IMG/VR virus record: IMGVR_UViG_3300012952_003756
Coordinates: 4,776 to 68,775 of that record
Direction: 5' to 3' (one strand)
DNA from: a virus
Taxonomy: Duplodnaviria > Caudoviricetes
Length of the DNA stretch: 64,000 bases
A program made the translations under genes and the position numbers. A model generated the notes under the pieces. The model ran no database searches, was not told where the DNA came from, and saw only the letters and a program-made list of their open reading frames with translations. Shown piece after piece: positions 48,636 to 58,551 of this stretch; position 1 is the first letter of the stretch; each line of letters begins with the position of its first letter.

Positions 48636-50014
48636 TTATCACCTTTATAAAATTTATAATAATTTTCTAAATCTTCGGGAGTTCCAAGTCCCCACATTCC
48701 ATTTTCCATGTGGAAGGTTCTTATCTTTTTACCGTCCTGTATTGCCTCATTAAAAACAGGACAAACATAAAATTCATTATTAACGCGGACGTCTCTATCA
48801 ATCATTTGTTCCGCATATTTAACATAGTCAGATCCTTTTTTCCAGTAATAAATTCCAGTCGTGGCAATATTACTAATTGGCTTTTTTTCCGCCACTTCCG
48901 AAACAAAGCCGCTTTCATCTAACTTTGCAAAGCTCCATTTTGGGTGAGTCGCAGTAAAAGTTAACATCCCCCCATCTACTTCATCAGCCTCCATAGAATA
49001 CATAAATTCATTGCTGTCCCATTCTAAAAATTGATCTGAATTTGCATACACTAGAGGTTCATCATTGTTAATAAACTCTTTTGCAAGGAGCGTTGTACAT
49101 GCTGCGCCCTCTGTCATGCCGTCGACTTGAACCACTTCACATCCGGGAGAAATCAAACTCAACAAGTGCTTAAGATTATATTTTTCATAATGCTCTTTTT
49201 GTACTACAAAAATATGTTTCGCATCAATATTTAAATTTTCAACGACAACCTGAATCATTGGCTTTCCGTTGACTTCAATAAGAGGCTTTGGAAAGGTATA
49301 TCCAGCTTTTTGAAATCTAGACCCTGCTCCCGCCATTGGAATTAAGACATTCATTTTTCCTCCTTGCCATTTTGGTTTTTTCTTGTCCTTTTTGTTTGCT
49401 CTATCAATAACTTCTTTAATCTTATTATATTCAACATCTTCACTATTTTTAACTGCACATAAATAAGCGCCACTACTTAAAGCCGCTTTCCTTCCGTGGT
49501 GAGAATCTTCAATAATTACAGTCTCATCCGGGTCGACCGCGGCTCGAAGCATGCATCGTAGATATATTTCTGTGCTAGGCTTAGGATTGTTGACATCTTG
49601 ATTAGAATATAAAAAATCAATATGCTCAAAAAAGCCTCTCCTAATAAGCTGCAGCTTAGCTGTTTCGCGAATTGAATTGGTGGCACATGCAATCATATAA
49701 CCATCAGACCTTAAGCGTCGTAAAATATTTATTATCCTATGGTCTGGTGTGAAATTATCAATTATCTGAATAGTCTTTTCTTGTTTAAGGTTCCAGACTG
49801 CATCGTGGAGATCTTCTGGGAGACCTTTAGTTTCTGTAAGCATATTTAGCTTTTTTGAGGTAGAAAGCCCGTCATAGGTCGATAGATGCTCTTCTCTATC
49901 AATTATAAAAGCCCCGTTCGAGATACTACCTAAAGCCTCGTTTAAAGCCTGGTAATGGAGTTCTCGCGCATCTACCAACACCCCATCCAAATCAAAAACA
50001 ACTAATTTGATCAT
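48632..50014 (-). CDS. HAD phosphatase fused to a nucleotidyltransferase (NTP_transferase family)
   Basis: FDLDGVL...KPSTEIY...IEDS (HAD), then LIPMAGAGSRF...PKPLI...NSDQ...WGLGTPEDL. Confidence 0.88.
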   Translation of the reverse strand: MIKLVVFDLDGVLVDARELHYQALNEALGSISNGAFIIDREEHLSTYDGLSTSKKLNMLTETKGLPEDLHDAVWNLKQEKTIQIIDNFTPDHRIINILRRLRSDGYMIACATNSIRETAKLQLIRRGFFEHIDFLYSNQDVNNPKPSTEIYLRCMLRAAVDPDETVIIEDSHHGRKAALSSGAYLCAVKNSEDVEYNKIKEVIDRANKKDKKKPKWQGGKMNVLIPMAGAGSRFQKAGYTFPKPLIEVNGKPMIQVVVENLNIDAKHIFVVQKEHYEKYNLKHLLSLISPGCEVVQVDGMTEGAACTTLLAKEFINNDEPLVYANSDQFLEWDSNEFMYSMEADEVDGGMLTFTATHPKWSFAKLDESGFVSEVAEKKPISNIATTGIYYWKKGSDYVKYAEQMIDRDVRVNNEFYVCPVFNEAIQDGKKIRTFHMENGMWGLGTPEDLENYYKFYKGDK

Positions 50015-50937
50015 TTTATAAACCTCTCGTTTTCTTTTGTTGGGTGTGTATCAATATTACCAGACTTTCCTAAATCTAGCCAAATATCTCCATCTCTATA
50101 ACCAACATAATTTTTATCTTTTAAATTTACATTTTTTTCAAAATGATAATATTGTACAAAATTTGGGACTTTTGGGGGGCTCGGTGGATTGTCAATAAAA
50201 TCTTTAGACCAATCTGTTAGCCAGCCGGAATAAGAAGGTTGTGTTTTCCACGTATCTTTCCATTTCCAATAAAATATCTGAGTTGTATGATACCAGCCTT
50301 CATCCCAAAGGTCATTAGATTTAATTTCTAGCCAATCTGAATTACCGCCTTGGTATTCTGATGTGTCTAAAATAAGCGCATCGTGCGCATTTAAAAGCCT
50401 GCGGTGCACTATATCTCCAATAAGAGACTTTTCTTTATTGTATATCAGGGCTCGAATATAATAATCCGCCTCTTTATTTCCTGGAGTTAAGAACCTTTCA
50501 TCCCACATTCCAATATTTTTAACTGCTTCGGGCCTATAGCTGACGATGTTATCTCCCAACTGACCCGTCACGAAAGTATACTTCTGGTGCATTCTTAATA
50601 AGTTTTTTGTCCAATCAGGGTGTAGAACAATATCATTTTGCATTGTAACTACAACTTTTGCATCCGGATTATTTAAATCTTTAAATCCATCAATCAGTGC
50701 CTCGTTCCAATTCCGCGCAAGATTTCCAGTATCATTGTCAGATCTTGTATTATTATGTATAACATTTACCTTATCAATAAACTCTTCATTCAAAGAAAAT
50801 TCTGAATGGTTATTAATAATGTTAACCTCTGTATTGCTTACGGAAGAAAAGTCTGTTTTATTAAAGAGAATATCCAAAGTTTTGTTTAAAATCTCGGGCC
50901 TCTTGTAGGTTACAATGTAAATTTTTAAATTTTTCAT
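50011..50937 (-). CDS. GT-A fold glycosyltransferase (GT2-like)
   Basis: IYIVTYKRPEIL, LARNWN, MQNDIV, IGMWDERF. Confidence 0.7.
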   Translation of the reverse strand: MKNLKIYIVTYKRPEILNKTLDILFNKTDFSSVSNTEVNIINNHSEFSLNEEFIDKVNVIHNNTRSDNDTGNLARNWNEALIDGFKDLNNPDAKVVVTMQNDIVLHPDWTKNLLRMHQKYTFVTGQLGDNIVSYRPEAVKNIGMWDERFLTPGNKEADYYIRALIYNKEKSLIGDIVHRRLLNAHDALILDTSEYQGGNSDWLEIKSNDLWDEGWYHTTQIFYWKWKDTWKTQPSYSGWLTDWSKDFIDNPPSPPKVPNFVQYYHFEKNVNLKDKNYVGYRDGDIWLDLGKSGNIDTHPTKENERFIK

Positions 50938-50938
50938 T

Positions 50939-51838
50939 TTATGATTCTTTCTTTCTCATCTCTGCCACTTCATTTCTAGCTAAATCAATTGAACGTTTAA
51001 TTGCTTCTATCAACCCCCACACCCAAATATTATCCGCAGGGGCTAAAAACCAATAAGACAACATATCATCAGGAATATCTTCTAATAATGTCATGTTATA
51101 TGGCACACGAATATCTTGTAATGAATTAATAACATCATCTTTCGTTATATTGCCATTATCAGGATCTGAGTGCACTTCTAGGAAAATTATTGGCTTAAAT
51201 TTGTTTATAAATTTTTTGGCACCATTTAAAACTAATACTTCAGCGCCTTCGACATCAATTTTTATTGAATCAACTTTATCAAAACTATCTACAAAATCAT
51301 CCAATGTCGTGGTTTCATATTTTATATCATACGCATCCCTATTCGGCCGATCGGCCTTATGAATTCTACTACTCCCGGCGCCGCCACCGGTGGTTTGGCA
51401 TACATAGTGCCTTAAGGTTTCTGTTTTATTAGCGCCGTCCGTAACCAATTTTTGATGAACTTCTATAGAAAAGTTAGGATTGCCGGGGCGAGCAAGATCT
51501 CCTAACATCGAGAAAAGATTCTCTTCGAATACATCTAAGCGTTCAGATTCTGGTTCGAAAGCGACGATTTTAAATTTATCAAAATACTTTGTAATAGCGT
51601 GTGTATAACAGCCTTCGGCGGCGCCGACATCAAAAAATACTATATCGTTTTGATTTTTTGACGCCGCATGCAAATAATCAAAAAACATGTGGTACATCAG
51701 CTCGGGCACGTGCGCGGGATCGTGAAGCCATTTAGATGCCTCGCGGAATTCTTGTATTTTAAGTTTCTTTTGTGCCTCAGAAAATATTGTTTTATTTTCG
51801 TCATCAAAAATACTTCTATTTACTGTTAAGTGTTTCAT
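50939..51838 (-). CDS. FkbM-family SAM methyltransferase
   Basis: FFDVGAAEG, AFEPE, SIKIDVEGAE; start moved to ATG 51838 (ATGA overlap). Confidence 0.85.
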   Translation of the reverse strand: MKHLTVNRSIFDDENKTIFSEAQKKLKIQEFREASKWLHDPAHVPELMYHMFFDYLHAASKNQNDIVFFDVGAAEGCYTHAITKYFDKFKIVAFEPESERLDVFEENLFSMLGDLARPGNPNFSIEVHQKLVTDGANKTETLRHYVCQTTGGGAGSSRIHKADRPNRDAYDIKYETTTLDDFVDSFDKVDSIKIDVEGAEVLVLNGAKKFINKFKPIIFLEVHSDPDNGNITKDDVINSLQDIRVPYNMTLLEDIPDDMLSYWFLAPADNIWVWGLIEAIKRSIDLARNEVAEMRKKES

Positions 51839-52479
51839 CTTTTCACCTCCCTCAAAGCCAATTCCCAATCTTCTTCCGTGTCTATATCCATATTGTGTGG
51901 CTTGCAAATTGGATAAAAATATGGATTTTTACCAACCCTGCCGCCCGTTGACATTATCACAGATGGCTCAAATATATAAAATGCTGAATTTTCTTCATAA
52001 ACAATTGGTAAGTCCTGAGTCTGCTCTAATTTTAAGGGATTATGGTTAATGGGGCAAAACCCATAATCTTCTTTTCTCCAAAATCTAGATTGGTGGGAAT
52101 TACAAGAAACGACAGAATCATGATTTTCCATGTGCTTATATGCTTCTTTAATCAAGTTTGCATCCAAAAAAGGGCTAGTAACGTGCAATTGCACTATTGG
52201 GTCTATAATACCATACTTGGTAATAAAATTTTTAATTAAATCACAAACAGAAACTTCATGACCCAAAAGATCGGGGTTTCTTTTATATGCGATCACATTA
52301 GAAAACCTAATATCTTTTTTTAATTGTCGCAAGACCTCTTCACTATCTGTATCGACATAGACTTCAAAATCAGAATATTTTAATAAAGAGTGCTTATATA
52401 GGGGCTCTCCATTAAATATTCTAAAATTCTTTCGAAGAACTCTCTGTGAAGAATCCTTTATCGGAACAAATATTTTCAT
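51835..52479 (-). CDS. CMP-ulosonate (acylneuraminate-type) cytidylyltransferase
   Basis: IFVPIKDSSQRVLRKNFR, VDTDS, LHVTSPF, RTQDL-like QTQDLP..YEENSAFY, DIDTEEDW. Confidence 0.85.
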   Translation of the reverse strand: MKIFVPIKDSSQRVLRKNFRIFNGEPLYKHSLLKYSDFEVYVDTDSEEVLRQLKKDIRFSNVIAYKRNPDLLGHEVSVCDLIKNFITKYGIIDPIVQLHVTSPFLDANLIKEAYKHMENHDSVVSCNSHQSRFWRKEDYGFCPINHNPLKLEQTQDLPIVYEENSAFYIFEPSVIMSTGGRVGKNPYFYPICKPHNMDIDTEEDWELALREVKR

Positions 52480-52484
52480 ATGTG

Positions 52485-53669
52485 TTATACCTCAGATATG
52501 GCTTTTTTAATAATATCACAGCCAATTTTTGCATCTTCTGAAGTTATAGCCAGGTTTGGTCTCAGGCGAATAGATTTAAGTCCGGTAGAGTTACATATCA
52601 TCCCCGCGTCTCGTGAAATTTGCATGAAACGGTCCCTAGTTTCTTGATCTTTCAAATCAAAACCAATAATCAGCCCAATAGATCTCAAGTTATCTATTCC
52701 GGGCACACCAGACAAAAGGGATTTTATTTGCTCCCCCCTTTCTTTCACATTATCTAAAATATTGTGTTTTTTATAGGCGCCAACAATATGCTTACATCTA
52801 ATCATATCAATTGTGTCAGAGTTCCAAGTTACCTCTAGTCGACTCACGTTCTTCGGATGAAAGATATCATTTAATTTTTCAACACACATTAAACCAGAGA
52901 CTTGTGTTTTTTTACCAAACAAAACCATATCAGGAACAATATCCAAATTTTGATAATACCACAATGTTCCAGTTGCTCCAAATCCAATCTGTATTTCGTC
53001 AAAGATTAGGGGCACATCATATTTATCACATAACTCCCTTAGCTTGTTAAAAAATTCTGGCTCGTGATGAATATCTCCGGCTGTACATTGTATTGGCTCC
53101 ACCATTATACAAGTTACAGGTTTTTTTATCCATGGGTTAGAAAGATAGTTCTCTACCTCTTTCAAATCATAAGAACACTTAGTAGAAAATATTTCTGGGA
53201 GCCCTTTCAAACGTATCAAAGATGATGAAAATCTATCTGTTATGAAGCCGCCATAACTGTTTACCCCGTGAAAACTATTTCGAAATGATAAAACATTTGG
53301 CACATGATAGTTTTTATAATGCAGGCACGTTTTAATTGCCGCCTCTACAGCGAGGGCGCCGGTAGAACAGTAATGAAAATTTGAGAAGATGCCGTCATTA
53401 CAAAATTCAGAAAATTCTTTATCAAAATCTTCAGTCTCCTGAGATATAAATTCACAATTTGTAACTTTAACATGAGAAGTTCTTGCAATATCATCTAAAA
53501 ATTCTCTTGTTTTGAAGGCTTCGTGATTGTAGCCCAGCGGAAGCGAAGCATACATTCCAAAAAAATCTAAGTAATGTTTATTAGTATTTTTATCATAAAC
53601 ATACGATCCTTTGCTTTTTTCGAAATCAATCTTAATATTAAAGATGCTTCCTCTCGCTATGTTACTCAT
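52485..53669 (-). CDS. Class III PLP aminotransferase (L-lysine 6-aminotransferase/GABA-AT-like)
   Basis: YLDFFGMYASLPLGYNH, TGALAVEAAIK, VEPIQ, LIFDEIQIGFG, FGKK (PLP lysine); start ATG 53669. Confidence 0.85.
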   Translation of the reverse strand: MSNIARGSIFNIKIDFEKSKGSYVYDKNTNKHYLDFFGMYASLPLGYNHEAFKTREFLDDIARTSHVKVTNCEFISQETEDFDKEFSEFCNDGIFSNFHYCSTGALAVEAAIKTCLHYKNYHVPNVLSFRNSFHGVNSYGGFITDRFSSSLIRLKGLPEIFSTKCSYDLKEVENYLSNPWIKKPVTCIMVEPIQCTAGDIHHEPEFFNKLRELCDKYDVPLIFDEIQIGFGATGTLWYYQNLDIVPDMVLFGKKTQVSGLMCVEKLNDIFHPKNVSRLEVTWNSDTIDMIRCKHIVGAYKKHNILDNVKERGEQIKSLLSGVPGIDNLRSIGLIIGFDLKDQETRDRFMQISRDAGMICNSTGLKSIRLRPNLAITSEDAKIGCDIIKKAISEV

Positions 53670-54801
53670 TGCTGTGCTCTCCGTCTGGATAGGTGTGCAC
53701 AACGTCATCGCGGCTAATGGCTAATCTAGTTGCTTGTTTGTCTCCGCATGCTGTTATTTTATGTATAACACCTTTGGGAATAAACACAAAATCGTCCTTC
53801 TTGACTATAGAGACATCACCATCGATTTCCCATTCCCACTCGCCTTCAACAATATACCACCACTCATTCCAGTCTGGGTGATAGTGCCTTCGATTTCCTT
53901 CACCGGGCATTTGTGTAATCAGAGTGGCACTATTATTTTCAGTATTTATGACCCTATGACACCAGCTAGAATCAGTGCTGTTATTCTCTAAAATATCTTT
54001 GAGGTTGATAATTTTTTGATTAGCTAAATTATAGCTCGAATCCCTCACTCCATCTTTAGATAAAATTTGGGGAACGTCAACCTCAGAATGCTCCTCTCCA
54101 TAATATTTTACAGCATATTGTTTGTTTTTATTCATGCTTCTGGCTACGCTCTCAGCCAATTGAAATTCTTCTTCGTTGTCAATATCAATGGTTGAATAGC
54201 CTTTGAGAGTAAAATACTCTATTTTTCCATCACCGCCATGATAAGCAGCGCCATATTTTTTCATATTTTCTAAATAATTTGTTTTTCTCCATCCCATAAG
54301 CGAGCAGCCATAAGCTTTAATTGGCTCTAGGGTTTGTGAGGGGGGAGTCTCTTTCTTTTGTACAAAATTAATAGGCTGCTTTTTATATACAGCCTCAATT
54401 CTAACATCCACCATGGAAATTAAAGTGTCTAAGCCATCATAAACAAAGGTTCGAACAAATTCTTTAATTTCATCAGAAGAAATAAAAGGAGAAGTAGGTA
54501 AAACTTGGATAACAATATCGCCGCCAACATTTTTGAAAAAATCTTCTGTCCACAAATCATTACTAGCAGTGTCTGTTGTGAACTTTTCTGGTCTTTTATA
54601 AAAGTTTACGCCTGCATCGTTTGCCAGCTTTTCAATAATCTCTGACTCTGAATTAATCCAAATCTCGTCAAAACAATCTGCTTCTTTAACCGCATCAATT
54701 GCGTATTGTATAAGGGGCTTCCCATTTAAAAGGCGTATATTTTTTTTAGGTATTCTTTTGCTACCCATTCTCGCCGGAATCATTGCAATTATTTTTGACA
54801 T
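53662..54801 (-). CDS. CMP-ulosonate cytidylyltransferase fused to a C-terminal cupin domain
   Basis: IPARMGSKRIPKKNIR...PTSPF...IDIDNEEEF, then RRHYHPDWNEWWYIVEG...IPKGVIHKI; start ATG 54801 (AGGAG SD). Confidence 0.85.
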   Translation of the reverse strand: MSKIIAMIPARMGSKRIPKKNIRLLNGKPLIQYAIDAVKEADCFDEIWINSESEIIEKLANDAGVNFYKRPEKFTTDTASNDLWTEDFFKNVGGDIVIQVLPTSPFISSDEIKEFVRTFVYDGLDTLISMVDVRIEAVYKKQPINFVQKKETPPSQTLEPIKAYGCSLMGWRKTNYLENMKKYGAAYHGGDGKIEYFTLKGYSTIDIDNEEEFQLAESVARSMNKNKQYAVKYYGEEHSEVDVPQILSKDGVRDSSYNLANQKIINLKDILENNSTDSSWCHRVINTENNSATLITQMPGEGNRRHYHPDWNEWWYIVEGEWEWEIDGDVSIVKKDDFVFIPKGVIHKITACGDKQATRLAISRDDVVHTYPDGEHSNE

Positions 54802-54808
54802 ATTTCTC

Positions 54809-56737
54809 CTATTGTGTTTCATGTAATATTTTTGGAAGTTTTTTAAACATATCTATTCTTTTAGATAAACTTTCAGAATACAGCCCTGGTCGGGCCTCTT
54901 CATCAAAATTAAATCTCGGATCTTTTTCTAATACATTTTTACAATGCATCATTTGAGAAAGCTGATCATGTAATATTTTATCAGGACCCAAGTAAGCCCC
55001 GTCATGACCTTGAGCTTTTATGTAAGCAGGATTATATTTATCTTCTATCCCCCTCACGACTCCAAAATTATAAAAATCTGCGCCAAAAACTGCCAACTCT
55101 TTTAGTGGGCAACTTAATAGCACGTTTAGTGATCCATATCCAGAGTTAAAGTTTCCAGAATATTCTGTGTAGAGGCCAGACTCAATTTTTTCAATATGAG
55201 GCTTTGCATACACTTCCCAGTACAAAGCCCACCTTTCCCACGTATCATCTTCATTTTTTAGATGAGCTAATGGAACTCCATATTTTTTTAAATATCGATT
55301 GTATTCTGAGACCACAGACTGCCAATTTCCATAATGAAAAGTTTCGTCTCTATAGTTTGGGGTTACCTCGCGAGCTACAGTATCATTGCATATAATAAAT
55401 TTAGGATATCGCTCTTCCGGGGTTGCTTCCAAATATTTAGCAACTTTTGGACTATAAGAAGAATTTAAGCAGCTTTGAATAATGTCCGTTCTGCTTCCAA
55501 AATCATCAACGTCCCAAATTTCCGGCTGGATTCTTACAACAACATCATAGCTGTCAATCAGCTTTCCTTTGCCTTTTCCATTCAAATACGGCGCGGGGCC
55601 CACAAAAGCAACTCTTTTACCGCTTAAGTATTCATGTAAAAGAGGATTAGTTTGCGCATTTTTTATAAAGAGGGCCGGATTGTTTTCCATTTTTTGAAAA
55701 ATCTCAACACACTCATTGCTTGTTATATTACGAAAATCGATTAAATTATTAATCTTTTCTGTAATGGCCGGCCATGGGTCAAATTTAGTCTTCAAGTCCT
55801 CAAAAGAAACATTGTTCCTCAAGTAATTTTCAATATCACTTAGTACGCTATCATTAATTTCAGCATATTTCTTTTCAACTGGAAGCTCTATGTTAATAAA
55901 GTGCTCGTGACTTAAGTCAAAAAATTGTTCTATTTTTTTGACATTAAAATAATTTACGGTGCGTGGAGATTTTATTGGATCTGGTGTTCTTTGCTTAAAC
56001 AACCCAACCATTGAATTTTTAATACACAGAGAATCTTTTTTTTCTAATTCATTTAGAGTATAAGAATCAATTAAATTTGTTTTTTTAAATGCAGGTCGTA
56101 ACCATCTCCACATTTGATCCATTTTGTATTTTGCAAACGCACCATCTTTATTATAATCCGCGCTTTCATCACTATAGCCATTGTCATATAACATTTTGTG
56201 ACTGCACACAACATGTCTAAGAAATGGAATCTCTTGAATGTTAAACATGTGACAAGAGTCAATATCTACACCAAAGTTAGTTGTCATGGGGAAAAACCAT
56301 TTCATTAAGCTATGGTGCACAATTTTTAAGCCAACATGAGTGAAGGGGATACAAGAATAGTCCCTACTATTTTTATACGCCTCATCCCTAGCGTAGGGCG
56401 TCTCTAAGTTGTTTCCAGGGTAATAGGTTAGGACGGCCGGCTCGAAGGCTCCAAGGTCCTCCAAGATCTGATCTAAGGCATTTAAATTTCTTTGCGGCCT
56501 TAAAACATAATCATAGTCTATGAAGGCATAATATTCATAATTCTTGGGAACATCCGCAGCTAACACATTCCTGGTATCTGCCCACTTTGTATCTGGGCAA
56601 AATTTTAGCCCCTCTTTGTGAGGAGCATCATGAGTTACAAAATAAAAATCACATTCTTCTTTATCTCTAAAAAGCTCAACATGATTTGGATTTGGATTTT
56701 CTGGTGTTACCTGAAGCACGCAGAGTCTCTTGCTCAC
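54809..56737 (-). CDS. Bifunctional glycosyltransferase: N-terminal GT-A-like domain plus C-terminal GT29 (sialyltransferase)-like domain
   Basis: YAFIDYDY (DxD); RVAFVGPAPYLNGKGKGKLIDSYDVVVRI resembles sialylmotif L; NSGYGSLNVLLSCPLKELAVFGADFY resembles sialylmotif S. Confidence 0.6.
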   Translation of the reverse strand: MSKRLCVLQVTPENPNPNHVELFRDKEECDFYFVTHDAPHKEGLKFCPDTKWADTRNVLAADVPKNYEYYAFIDYDYVLRPQRNLNALDQILEDLGAFEPAVLTYYPGNNLETPYARDEAYKNSRDYSCIPFTHVGLKIVHHSLMKWFFPMTTNFGVDIDSCHMFNIQEIPFLRHVVCSHKMLYDNGYSDESADYNKDGAFAKYKMDQMWRWLRPAFKKTNLIDSYTLNELEKKDSLCIKNSMVGLFKQRTPDPIKSPRTVNYFNVKKIEQFFDLSHEHFINIELPVEKKYAEINDSVLSDIENYLRNNVSFEDLKTKFDPWPAITEKINNLIDFRNITSNECVEIFQKMENNPALFIKNAQTNPLLHEYLSGKRVAFVGPAPYLNGKGKGKLIDSYDVVVRIQPEIWDVDDFGSRTDIIQSCLNSSYSPKVAKYLEATPEERYPKFIICNDTVAREVTPNYRDETFHYGNWQSVVSEYNRYLKKYGVPLAHLKNEDDTWERWALYWEVYAKPHIEKIESGLYTEYSGNFNSGYGSLNVLLSCPLKELAVFGADFYNFGVVRGIEDKYNPAYIKAQGHDGAYLGPDKILHDQLSQMMHCKNVLEKDPRFNFDEEARPGLYSESLSKRIDMFKKLPKILHETQ

Positions 56738-57702
56738 AGCTCTCTCTCCCAGCGCTCAATCATTTCATCCAACATTGTTTCAAAAGTATATTCCGGCTTC
56801 CATCCCAAAATATCTCTAGCTTTTGAAGAATCCCCTTTAAGGTATTTTAGTTCTTCTGGTCTCATAAATTTAGGATTCTGAGTTACATAATCTCTATAAT
56901 CCATATCTAAAGCCTTAAAAACATATTCACACAAATCTCTTACAGAGTGAGTGCGACCAGTTGCAACAATCCATTCTTCTGGTTTTTCATAATTCACAAT
57001 TGCATGCATCGCACGAACATAATCTTTTGAATGACCCCAGTCTCGATATGAGTCTAAATTTCCAAGCTCTAGCTTGTCCTTTAATCCCTTTTTAATCTCG
57101 ACAGCCGTCTTTACAACTTTATTTGTAACAAAATTTGAGCCTCTGCGAGGGCTCTCATGGTTAAAAAGAATACCATTGCAGGCATGCAACTTATAAGCAT
57201 GCCTATAGTGCCTTACTAAATTGTAGGCCATTAATTTTGCGCACCCATATGGGCTCACAGGGTTCATGGGTGTAGTCATTCTTTGTATACCGTCATCATC
57301 AACAGAATTTCCAAACATTTCAGAAGAACTGGCTTGGTAAAATTTAGCTTCCGGGCATGTTGTTCTGTAGATCTCCAACATGTTTAAGACGCCTAAGCCA
57401 TTCGTTTGTATTGTGAACGAAGGCATATCAAAGCTAATCCTAACATGGCTCATTGCGCCCAAATTATAGATTTCATCCGGCTTTACTTCTCCCATAATTC
57501 TAGCGAGAGAAGGGTAATCCAAAAGATCACCATAAAAAGTTGTAATGTTTTTATTTACATGTTTGAGGCGACTATCTTGATTTTCAGCCACAGAATGCCT
57601 TCTGGCGATGCCATAAACATCATAATTCAAAGACAGTAAATATTCTGATAGATAACTGCCGTCTTGACCAGTTATTCCTGTTATTAGTGCTTTCTTTTTC
57701 AA
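56734..57702 (-). CDS. gmd: GDP-mannose 4,6-dehydratase
   Basis: ALITGITGQDGSYL, YNLGAMSHV, FYQASSSEMFG, SPYGCAK, LFNHESPRRG..FVT, GNLDSYRDWGH. Confidence 0.97.
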   Translation of the reverse strand: MKKKALITGITGQDGSYLSEYLLSLNYDVYGIARRHSVAENQDSRLKHVNKNITTFYGDLLDYPSLARIMGEVKPDEIYNLGAMSHVRISFDMPSFTIQTNGLGVLNMLEIYRTTCPEAKFYQASSSEMFGNSVDDDGIQRMTTPMNPVSPYGCAKLMAYNLVRHYRHAYKLHACNGILFNHESPRRGSNFVTNKVVKTAVEIKKGLKDKLELGNLDSYRDWGHSKDYVRAMHAIVNYEKPEEWIVATGRTHSVRDLCEYVFKALDMDYRDYVTQNPKFMRPEELKYLKGDSSKARDILGWKPEYTFETMLDEMIERWEREL

Positions 57703-57965
57703 CTTAAATCACCTGCCTCTACTAGTGTCTTGTTTTTATAGTCGCCAAATTTTCGTTTATAAATTGTCTTCCCATTATCGGGGCTTTCATAGATGAAGAC
57801 GTTCTCTTTGCCAGTTGTTGGGTTTGGGGGCCCTTCAGTGCGAGTAATTACACAAGGTCTTGTGTTATTAACAATTTTAAATTCTTCATAAATTTTATCA
57901 AACTTATCCTCTCTTTTTAATAAAAAGAATGGTTCATTATCTACAACGTGCCAAAGTTCATACAT
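57699..57965 (-). CDS. Small hypothetical phage protein
   Basis: 88 aa ORF overlapping both neighbours; IYESPDNGKTIYKR motif. Confidence 0.6.
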   Translation of the reverse strand: MYELWHVVDNEPFFLLKREDKFDKIYEEFKIVNNTRPCVITRTEGPPNPTTGKENVFIYESPDNGKTIYKRKFGDYKNKTLVEAGDLS

Positions 57966-58551
57966 TTTTAAATACTCTCATTTTTGTTAAATCTGGCCAA
58001 TCTGATATTGCCCACTGCTTCGGAGGTGTCTTAATGGCTTCCGGAAGTTTTTGTAAACCCAGATTTGCAGTCTCTGGAGTCATATAATAGTGGTATCCAA
58101 TCGATTCAATATCTTGATCGCGCCATGGTATACTTGGTAGTCTACCATCATATGACATTTTTTTTAACTCTTTTGCAGCTTCTTTGTCATCTAACAGTAT
58201 TATGCCGCCGCGGCCTAGGCTCAAGTGCTTTCTAAATTGAAAACTAACACTCATGAAAGTGCCTGGTATATAACTATCCTTTTTCCATAACACAGCAGCA
58301 TCAACAACGCTTGGTGTTAAATAATAGTAGTCTTTCCAATCCTCTTCTCTCCATTCCAAATATATATTCAATTTGTCAGCTAAAAAAGGTATCGATATGT
58401 AAGTGTTTTTCGGGACAGATATTCTATTTGCACTTGTATATCTTAAACACAATTCAACACCATGGGTGCAGCAGTCGACAGCGACGGCATATGGCGAACC
58501 AAAAAAATCAGCTATTTCTTTTTCAAACCTTTCAATGGACTCAAAACTCAT
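57958..58551 (-). CDS. Compact DegT/DnrJ/EryC1/StrS-family PLP aminotransferase (197 aa)
   Basis: FEKEIADFFG...AVDCCTHG, VDAA, SFQFRKHLSLGRGG (PLP lysine), GYHYYMT. Confidence 0.8.
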   Translation of the reverse strand: MSFESIERFEKEIADFFGSPYAVAVDCCTHGVELCLRYTSANRISVPKNTYISIPFLADKLNIYLEWREEDWKDYYYLTPSVVDAAVLWKKDSYIPGTFMSVSFQFRKHLSLGRGGIILLDDKEAAKELKKMSYDGRLPSIPWRDQDIESIGYHYYMTPETANLGLQKLPEAIKTPPKQWAISDWPDLTKMRVFKNV

